Shown here: positions 1 through 7,700 of the stretch, piece after piece | Position numbering within the stretch: position 1 is the first letter of the stretch | Layout of the letters: every line of letters starts with the position of its first letter | DNA from: an uncultured Gammaproteobacteria bacterium | GTDB taxonomy: Bacteria > Patescibacteriota > Patescibacteriia > UBA1558 > 2-01-FULL-52-15 | Assembly: GCA_964402565.1 (NCBI GenBank) | Contig: CAYOCJ010000001.1 | Span: 352,079-416,078, forward strand | DNA: 64,000 nucleotides | Direction: 5' to 3' | Translations under genes and position numbers: made by a program | The notes under the pieces: model-generated | Seen by the model: the letters and a program-made list of their open reading frames with translations, nothing else | Told to the model about the DNA's origin: nothing | Databases searched by the model: none

Positions 1-1
1 G

Positions 2-670
2 TACTATACGCTTGGTTTTTTATTTCTTTGGTCCATAGTTACCATCGGCATTATCGACGGCAAGCGCTGGTATCGCCACTGGAATATCTGGCTGAACGTA
101 CTACTATACCTTGTTTCTTCCTTTTTCTTTGTATTGATCATGACCTCATCAGAGCTGCGCCAGCTGTATATCATGCTGGGCGGCGTTGTCGCCGGCGTCC
201 TCGTGTATATGCTTCTGCGATATGCCAAGATTACCAATTTGTTTGAAGCCAAGAATTATCTGCTGGTCATTAGTTTTATACATATCATTACGTTCTGGCA
301 GGTAAGCGCTTTGGTATATTTTATGATGGTGCTTTTCGACGCCAAATTAATGCCTGGCGCTTTTTTGATAGCAGTATTGACCTACGTGCTCGGGCGCGGT
401 AGTATCTTCGATCACGGGCTGAAGAAGAGCTCCGGATGGCTGGTATTAGGAGTATTGGTGCTCACCACGACAGAGTTGAGCTTGTTGCTATCGCTCTTGC
501 CAGTGCACTACTATACGCTTGCGACTCTGCTCACGGTTTGGTTCTTTTTTGTTGTAGAAATGGTCATCGCAGGACAGGAAGTGTCGAGCCGAAAACGTTT
601 GTTTAGAAGCTATACAACTTTTTCATTGATCGTCATGGCGTTGCTTCTTCTTACGGCAACATGGCAATAA
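2..670 (+). CDS. Multi-pass membrane protein of unknown function, 5' end outside window
   Basis: The frame of ORF 134..670 is open back to base 2 (YYTLGFLFLWSIV...). Hydrophobic helices run throughout. Confidence 0.7.
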   Translation, partial: YYTLGFLFLWSIVTIGIIDGKRWYRHWNIWLNVLLYLVSSFFFVLIMTSSELRQLYIMLGGVVAGVLVYMLLRYAKITNLFEAKNYLLVISFIHIITFWQVSALVYFMMVLFDAKLMPGAFLIAVLTYVLGRGSIFDHGLKKSSGWLVLGVLVLTTTELSLLLSLLPVHYYTLATLLTVWFFFVVEMVIAGQEVSSRKRLFRSYTTFSLIVMALLLLTATWQ

Positions 671-1809
671 TCAACCTTTTTATGGATCAAACATCGTCAG
701 ACATGCAAAAACATTTTGAACGGCCGACGAGCCACAGCCAGGAATTTCCCATGGTGAAACGTATCATTTTTCTGGTGCTTGTTGTTGCCATTGGCGTTAC
801 CACCGGAGCTCTGGGTTTCATTATCGCAAGCTCTCAATTGCCAATTGCATCGTATATCCCATACCCGTCGAATCTGAACTTCAACCAGCTGCAGCCGCAG
901 ACGACCGGCCGCGTGATTGCCGATGCCGCGGCCGTGGCTAAAGCACAGACTGTAACCATCATTCGATCCCGTATACGGACCAATGATGTATATGATCAAC
1001 AGATCGATCCAGCTGAGATCCTGGGCTCAGGTGTTGCCGCAACATCAGATGGCTGGGTCATGACAATGATACCAGCGGGACAGCTTACGAAAGTTTCGGT
1101 CATAGCGCGCGGCACCATATACGATGCTCAGCGCATATCAACTGACCCGATCACCGGCGTTTCATTCCTCAAGACTGATGTCCGTTTTTTTAACCCGGTG
1201 AATATCAGTGCCGGTGTGAGCGTGGGGGATTCGCTTGTACAAGATGGCGCATCAAATAATGCAGCAGAAAAAACTTCAGTTGCACGAGTTCTTGAGAACG
1301 CATATGCACCGGTGCATGCGAAACTCGACTATATTCGTTCGAGTGATTCGCTCAGCGAATATGTTTTGCTCGAATCGCTATCAGTGCCTTTGCAGGGGCA
1401 GGCATTCTTCACCAGCGATGGACGATTTGCCGGTTTTTCACAGGTAAAAAATAATGAATTGCTTTTGATCCCGGGCGGCATCATCAAACTTGCCTTGGAA
1501 CAGTCACTTCACCAGGAAGTTTCGCGTGATCTCGGGATTTCATACATGGTAACGTACCCAGCTGCTCAGGATGAGGATGCAGAAAGTATCATAGTATTTC
1601 ATCCAACTCGTAGCCCGATAAAACCAGGATCATTGGCAGCTAATGCGGGAATGAAAAAAGGAGATAGTATTCGATCTATAGGAGGCGACACAGTATCAAA
1701 GGTCGCTTCATTTGACTACCTGTGGAAAAAACACCAGCAGGATAGCGGAGGAGTTCAGTTGGTTATCGTTCGCAATGGGGTTGAAGGTCCATTATCAATT
1801 ACTTGGTAA
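661..1809 (+). CDS. Membrane-anchored trypsin-like (HtrA/DegP-type) protein with C-terminal PDZ domain, catalytic residues apparently lost
   Basis: N-terminal TM, GSGVAATSDGWVMT (HtrA GSG..DG.I.T motif) and PDZ-like PGSLAANAGMKKGDSI...R.G. No TNxH or GNSGG motif. Start may be ATG 682. Confidence 0.75.
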   Translation: MAIINLFMDQTSSDMQKHFERPTSHSQEFPMVKRIIFLVLVVAIGVTTGALGFIIASSQLPIASYIPYPSNLNFNQLQPQTTGRVIADAAAVAKAQTVTIIRSRIRTNDVYDQQIDPAEILGSGVAATSDGWVMTMIPAGQLTKVSVIARGTIYDAQRISTDPITGVSFLKTDVRFFNPVNISAGVSVGDSLVQDGASNNAAEKTSVARVLENAYAPVHAKLDYIRSSDSLSEYVLLESLSVPLQGQAFFTSDGRFAGFSQVKNNELLLIPGGIIKLALEQSLHQEVSRDLGISYMVTYPAAQDEDAESIIVFHPTRSPIKPGSLAANAGMKKGDSIRSIGGDTVSKVASFDYLWKKHQQDSGGVQLVIVRNGVEGPLSITW

Positions 1810-2086
1810 TTGGATCATCTATTGAAGGCGGCCGAGGGCTGAATTTAGGCGCCTGAATTTGCCACTTATCCACAAACTGGCCAATACCGTCTTTTTCGAG
1901 TTTTGCTGCACGACGTTTGTTTTTTTGCGACCATGCGACAAGGCTTTCGAAATGGATCTTGTAACGGTTATTAACCACAATATATCGTAAGTCCTGAGAT
2001 TTGATAGCATCTCGGATCGTTTTGGTAGATACCCCGAAAAGTCGAGCTGCCTCAGAAACTGATACTCTTATTATGTTTTCACTCAT
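1799..2086 (-). CDS. Small helix-turn-helix DNA-binding protein (excisionase/HTH_17-like)
   Basis: VSVSEAARLFGVSTKTIRDAI motif; has its own promoter directly upstream. Confidence 0.8.
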   Translation of the reverse strand: MSENIIRVSVSEAARLFGVSTKTIRDAIKSQDLRYIVVNNRYKIHFESLVAWSQKNKRRAAKLEKDGIGQFVDKWQIQAPKFSPRPPSIDDPITK

Positions 2087-2092
2087 GTTAAT

Positions 2093-2121
2093 ATTCTACA
2101 CTAGTATAGAGTTATTTTCAA
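2093..2121 (-). promoter_or_regulatory. Sigma70-type promoter of the HTH gene, predicted leaderless transcript
   Basis: Minus strand reads TTGAAA-N17-TAGAAT-N6-ATG. Confidence 0.6.
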
Positions 2122-2245
2122 TTGTATTATTTGAAAGTGTATATTGGTGTAGAACCTTTATTGTTTTAAATAAATGCATCCTGACCGTTCAGGAAGTATA
2201 TATATTATCAGCTGTGTCTCAAATAACAGCTAAGTACTAAAATAC

Positions 2246-2274
2246 TTTACATTTAGCATCCTATTCTGTATAAT
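2246..2274 (+). promoter_or_regulatory. Sigma70-type promoter
   Basis: TTTACA-N17-TATAAT, near consensus, in an AT-rich intergenic region. Confidence 0.65.
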
Positions 2275-2352
2275 ATCCCAACTGTTTAGATAAACTTGTT
2301 TCGTGTGAAACGTCTTGTTTCATAGAATAATGACAATTTGCTGAAAATATAG

Positions 2353-2394
2353 CTAATATTAGAGCCTAAGTACTTAGGTCTTTTTCTATATTAG
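2353..2394 (+). terminator. Palindrome/hairpin with T-tract (intrinsic terminator or operator)
   Basis: Perfect 14-bp palindrome CCTAAGTACTTAGG (2365-2378), flanked by AGA/TCT and followed by TTTTT. Outer arms CTAATAT/ATATTAG. Confidence 0.45.
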
Positions 2395-2397
2395 AGG

Positions 2398-2423
2398 TGT
2401 AACATTAGGCAGAAAATCGCGAC
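2398..2423 (+). promoter_or_regulatory. ECF-sigma-type promoter directly upstream of the ECF sigma gene (probable autoregulation)
   Basis: TGTAAC-N16-CGAC, the AAC/CG(A/T) pattern typical of ECF promoters, 7 nt before the ATG. Confidence 0.6.
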
Positions 2424-2430
2424 TTACTAT

Positions 2431-2988
2431 ATGAAGGGCATTAAGGATACATTGAAAGAGAAGATTGCGCTTCTGCGTTTACGGCAGGGCGACACTGAAG
2501 CATTCGGCTTCATATACGATTCATATATTGAAAAGATATATCGATATATTTACTTTCGAGTCTCGGATACTGGGCTAGCACACGATATCTCACAGGAAGT
2601 ATTTATCCAGACATGGGAATATATCGTCAGCCAGAATACGATCGATAGTTTACAATCATTTCTGTACCGCGTTGCCTACCATAAGATTGTAGACCACTAT
2701 CGATCAAAAGAACGGCAAGCAGTATTGATCGATGACATCGCGGAGGATATCAAGGCACCGGAAACAGTGAGCAAGGAAATCGATCTGGTTTTTTTAAGAA
2801 AGAACATTGCCAAGCTGAAACAAGAGTATCAGGACGTATTGCTTCTCAGGCACGTTGAAGGACTTTCGATAGCTGAGATAGCAGACATTATAGAGAAAGA
2901 ATCAACGAATGTGCGCGTGCTGCTGCATCGAGCAACGGCAGCGCTGAAAGAGGCGTACGACAGTCCGCAGACCAACAATAAGCATTGA
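2431..2988 (+). CDS. ECF-subfamily RNA polymerase sigma-70 factor
   Basis: 185 aa. GD.EAF..IY..Y...IYRY, region 2 DISQEVFI..W, FLYRVA...IVDHYR, and region 4 EGLSIAEIA.I......VRVLLHRA. Confidence 0.95.
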   Translation: MKGIKDTLKEKIALLRLRQGDTEAFGFIYDSYIEKIYRYIYFRVSDTGLAHDISQEVFIQTWEYIVSQNTIDSLQSFLYRVAYHKIVDHYRSKERQAVLIDDIAEDIKAPETVSKEIDLVFLRKNIAKLKQEYQDVLLLRHVEGLSIAEIADIIEKESTNVRVLLHRATAALKEAYDSPQTNNKH

Positions 2989-2989
2989 A

Positions 2990-4288
2990 ATGAATTTTAA
3001 TCAACACATCTCGAAGTTAAAGAAACTGCCAGAAGTTAATCTGGATAAGCAAAGCATTCTTTTGGGGAAGCATCAGTTGCTTGCTGAAATTAATAATCGC
3101 CAGGATTCCCGCGCTGGCGCTATTTTGACTTGGGCTGAGGCGTTCCGTTTTATGTGGCTTCGGATGCTGCGCAAGATCGTTCCGGCTGAGCGCGTTGTCA
3201 TTGCAGGTCTATTGGTCATTACACTTACGGTATCTTCGACCTATATGGCGCAAGCTGCAGTTCCTGGAGATATTCTCTGGCCACTGAAGCTGACCTATGA
3301 GAAAGCAGAGATCGCCTTAGCGACGGACGCAGCCTCAGAAGGGCGCATCCATATCCGGCATGCTGATAATCGCTTGAAAGAATTGACCGTCATAGCTGCC
3401 CGGCCGAATACCCCTGAGAAGAGCAAGAATATTTCTCAGCTGGTCCGGCGTTTAGAGAAAGATATTACTGCAGCAGACCAAAGTCTAAAGCTTACTAAGG
3501 AAGAAAAGAAAGACAGCGAGCCGCAGGTGATCATGGCTCTCGCACAGGATCTCAGCGACACCGCGTTGCAAGCGGCGACTGCTTTGAACGAAAATCATGA
3601 TCTCTTGGGAACAGATGCAGGGCAAGGATCAGAGCAAGGGCTTGCCGGGAGCGATGTCCTTGCAACAAGCACTGATGCGGCCGTGAGCACCGGAAGCCAG
3701 AATTCGTCCACGGTCCCGACCTCAACGGCGCTGTTAGACTCGACTGAGAATGAGAACGCAACTGCTGCAACCGAAGCAGCAAAAGTAGTTGCCGAAGTGC
3801 AGGCGGTCAATATTGAAGTTTCATACACGGCTCTGAGCGCTATGATCGAAGTGATCGAAGCTCCTGGGTCTGTCGTCAACCGTACCGAAGTTAATCGTCT
3901 CATGCAGCAGAAAGTCACCGGGCTTGCCAGCCGTCTGCCGGCATTGCAGGAGAAAATAGCGTTAGTTGACGACGATTATCTTCTGCATCGTAATGAGTTG
4001 AAATCACTATTGAAAAAAACGACTGAAGCATTAGGACTGGCAGGCGATTTGATCAAGCTCGATAACCTCAGCGGCTCATTTAAACAGACGCAGGATGCGA
4101 AAGATATGATGAGCAGCATGGATGAGCTGCTTGATGAGGTTGCAAGCGGCAATGGTTTTAATAAGCCAAAACCGAAAGTCGAACCACCAGCATTGCTCAA
4201 ACCAACGCCAGTAGGCCAGGTAAAGATCCAGAGCGTTGATGATCCAAATCAAGATGCAGCAGTGATAGATCCGGTCGTTACTGAATAG
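2990..4288 (+). CDS. Putative anti-sigma factor / DUF5667-like single-TM protein
   Basis: Starts 1 nt after the sigma stop. One TM, then AVPGDILWPLKLTYEK (PGD.LY..K...E motif), helical domains and a Ser/Thr-rich linker. Confidence 0.7.
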   Translation: MNFNQHISKLKKLPEVNLDKQSILLGKHQLLAEINNRQDSRAGAILTWAEAFRFMWLRMLRKIVPAERVVIAGLLVITLTVSSTYMAQAAVPGDILWPLKLTYEKAEIALATDAASEGRIHIRHADNRLKELTVIAARPNTPEKSKNISQLVRRLEKDITAADQSLKLTKEEKKDSEPQVIMALAQDLSDTALQAATALNENHDLLGTDAGQGSEQGLAGSDVLATSTDAAVSTGSQNSSTVPTSTALLDSTENENATAATEAAKVVAEVQAVNIEVSYTALSAMIEVIEAPGSVVNRTEVNRLMQQKVTGLASRLPALQEKIALVDDDYLLHRNELKSLLKKTTEALGLAGDLIKLDNLSGSFKQTQDAKDMMSSMDELLDEVASGNGFNKPKPKVEPPALLKPTPVGQVKIQSVDDPNQDAAVIDPVVTE

Positions 4289-4344
4289 CGTTATTTTCGT
4301 TTGTTAGAAAACTTGTTCTTTGTGAGTGAAATTAATCAGCAGGT

Positions 4345-4760
4345 AAACGGGCACACCCATGCTTGCCGCAGTACTAGTTAAGGACGCGAAGCGCTGAAAT
4401 TCGCTTCGGCGATTTGCGCCCTTAACTAAATGTACTTTTAGACCCACGGTCTGAAGGAGCGTTTGGAAACGCTTATGCGCGCGTACATAAGGGGAACGTT
4501 TACTTTCCTTTGCACAGTGTACACTGGCAAAGGGTCTAACTCGCGTTCATTGCGAAACTATCGTCCAGAACGCTGAAGTGTCGCTCCATTAGGTTGTGTC
4601 CCCGACATTACGTCGGGGGTGTCAGCAAGGTCGACTCCGTAACAACGGAGGGCCGCAATACTAATGAACCTCTGCATACAAGCAGAGCCACGCTGTGCCT
4701 ATCGGCATAGGGCGGAGGGTGTACTTTAGTGGGATCGTAGGCGCAATCGAACGACTAAGA
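4345..4760 (+). ncRNA. Highly structured non-coding leader/ncRNA upstream of S-layer-like gene
   Basis: About ten complementary stems in ~420 nt with no ORF, e.g. TAGTTAAGG/CCTTAACTA, CGAAGCG/CGCTTCG, CCTTTGC/GCAAAGG, CCCCGAC/GTCGGGG, CTCCGT/ACGGAG, CTCTGC/GCAGAG. Boundaries are approximate. Confidence 0.6.
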
Positions 4761-4771
4761 AAAAGAACTAA

Positions 4772-7700
4772 ATGAATCTACTCAAGAAAGTTTCATTGAG
4801 CGCATTGATGTTCGTAACAGTGTTCAGCATTGGCGGTTTTGGCTCTGTCAAAATGGCTCATGCAGCGACTCTCATGGCGGGTGATCTCGTCAAGGGACCG
4901 AATTCGGACGCTGTCTACTACATTGACGGCACGATGAAGCACGTATTCCCTGACAAGGGAACGTACATGACGTGGTACAGCAATTTCGATGCAGTGAAAA
5001 AAGTAACTGTAGCGGACTTGGACATGTACTCAACTGGTTCTGCAGTAGCATACCGCCCAGGTACCTATCTGGTGAAAACACCGGACAGTGCTTTCGTGTA
5101 TGCAGTCGAACCAGGCGGCAAGTTGCGCAAGATCCCATCTGAGAGCGTAGCAATGGCTCTCTATGGCTCTAGCTGGGCAAAATGGATCCGGGATATTCAT
5201 CCTCTGACCATGAGCACCACCTATGCCGTGACTTCCAATGATATGACCGCTGCCGCTCCTTCAGTCGGCACGGTCTTACAGAAGACTGGTGATTCAACCA
5301 TCTACTACTTTGATGGTACGAATATCCGTCCGTTTGCATCCTCAGCAGCATTTGATGCGAATAACCTGAACTGGGACTACGTGGTCAAGGTTTCATCCTT
5401 GGGCACCTGGACCGTCGGTTCTTCAATCACTGGCGCTGAGACCTTTGCAACGATTTCAGGTGTTGGTACAAGCGTCGTCACCGGTCCTGCCGGTAATTTG
5501 ACGGTAGCTTTGTCACCAAACACTCCAGCTGCGAATGGTATTCTCCTTGGTGGCGCTGCACGCGTTCCAATGACGACCGTTCGTTTGACCGCCGGCAGCA
5601 CCCCGGTGATCATCGATTCTTTGACGATCGAGCGAAAGGGTGTTGCAAGTGATTCTGAATTCGCAAGCTTTGATTTGCTCGATGGTAACACCATGTTGCC
5701 GTTGAATGATTCAAGCAAGTCTTTGAACTCGAATCACCAGGCTGTGTTCAATGATGACATCACCGTTCCTGCGAATGCATCGTGGGATGTGATCGTCTCA
5801 GCAAACATGGCTGCTGATCTTTCTGCTGTCGCTGGCGAATACCCAGTGATCTCAGTTGCAGGTATGGTCTTGAAGAACAATTCAACCATGTCAGGCACTT
5901 TGCCGATCATGGGTAATGTCTTCTTGTCGAACGGTACTATTACCGTCGGTACCGCAACTATTGCTTCAGGTTCAAACAACCCATCAGCAGTAACCAAGCA
6001 GGTTGGTCAGAAAGATTACATCGTTACGTCCATCAAGGTTACCAATAATTCGAGTGCTACTGGTCAGAACATGACTTTGAAGTCTGTGACCTTCACGAAC
6101 AATGGTTCTACGTCACCAACTGACGTTGCAAACCTGCGCTTGGTGAACTCGAATACGGGTGTTACCTTGGGAACTATGGCAACGGTAACTGGCGACAAGG
6201 TCAGCTTCACGAATTTGAACCTTCCAATCTTGAAGGGTAACAATGTGAACCTCGATCTTAAGCTTGATATCGTTGGCGGTTCTGGTCGTACTATCGATTA
6301 TGATGTCCAGAAGCAGGGAGATGTCGTCGTCTTCGACGAACTCCGTGGCTACAACGTCTTACCGACCTATCCAAATTCTTCAGAGCCATACTTCAACGCA
6401 GCAGCAGCTACGGTGGATAATGGCCATCTCCGCATTGAGTCTGTAGCAGTTGCTACTCAGACCATTCAGGAGAACAAGAACGGCGTTTTGATCGGTAAGT
6501 TCAAGTTCGTCGTCGAAGGTGAGCCGATCAACATTACTCGCCTTCCGATCAAGACTATCTTGAACACTTCAACGGCTGGTGCGAATATCACTGATATTAC
6601 CAACATCACCTTGAAGGATCCGGCTGGAATGGCTGTTGTTTCAGGACAGGATCCGACTTCAAATGGTTGGAGTGCAAACTCGAACTCAGATCAGGTCGGT
6701 ACTGCAACGACAACTGACACCTTCACTGCTCCTATCGGTGAAACCGTGTATTCTGTCTACGCAGACTTGTCTAGCGACTTCAGTGCGAACGACACGATCC
6801 AGACTCAGATCAACCCGGCAATGGTAATTGCAAAGGGTGATACGACTGGCGATACCTTGACGAACTCAACCGACATCACTCCGACTGTTGACGTAACTGG
6901 TTCAACCATGACCGTCAAATCAGTCGACTTGAATGTTTCTGTTTCTTCTTCACCAGCTGCTCAGACCTTGGTCGCGGGCGCTTCTGAAGTCGAAGTCGCA
7001 GACATCGTTCTCGACGCAGCAACTTCAGGCTCTGATGTTCGTGTGACTCAGTTCAAGATCCCGGTCAAGACGACTGCCCCGGTATTCCCGGACATCGTCA
7101 CGAGCTTCAAGATCTATGTTGGCGGAGTGCAAGTTCCAGTTGATTCAACTTCAACTTCGTACTCAACCGCAGGCTCAACCGCAGGCGGCAACGCTACCAC
7201 CACTTTGACCATCGCAACTGGCAATCTCACTATTCCAGCACTTCAGTCCAAGACCGTAGTGATCAAGGCGAATATTGGAACTGGTGCGACCAGCGGCTCA
7301 TTCAAAGTCGGTTCACAGGTTGATTCGATCACCGCAATTGACTCTGAAGGCCAGACCTTCACCCCAGATTACACACCAAATGACGGTCAATCGATGACCT
7401 TGTCAGGCGGCGGTATCTTGAACATCTCGAATGCAACTGATCCTCGCGCAGGCATGGTTGTCGGTAACACAACGACTGTTGTCGGCCAGTTCACCGCTCA
7501 GGCGAAGAACGACACGATCAAGTTGAATTCATTCGGATTCACGATCCAGGCACCTGATCAGGGTCGCCAGGGCACAACTATCGCAGACCAGTTGAATGGT
7601 CTCGAAGTTTGGGAACTGGGCGGCGGATCAGCCTTGGGCACCGCTTTGGTGACAGGAAATAACGCAACCGTTACTCCTTCATCACCGATTAGCTTGTCCA

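Noticed and set aside
1866-1874. Perfect DnaA box TTATCCACA as evidence of oriC
   Set aside because: Single copy inside a coding sequence; no box cluster or dnaA in the window.
1799-2086. Excisionase indicating a prophage or ICE
   Set aside because: No integrase, att-like repeats, tRNA or phage genes nearby.
2001-2240. 79-aa ORF across the HTH gene and AT-rich intergenic region
   Set aside because: Overlaps the HTH gene antisense and its promoter; no protein-like features.
4290-4771. Leader as RNase P, tmRNA, SRP RNA, T-box or group I/II intron
   Set aside because: Hallmark motifs were not found on either strand. The closest, minus-strand AAGGAAAGTAAAC, does not match GAGGAAAGTCC and has no partner motif.
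7162-7186. 12-bp tandem duplication CTCAACCGCAGG in the S-layer-like gene
   Set aside because: Only two in-frame copies (STAG STAG) in low-complexity coding sequence; not an array.
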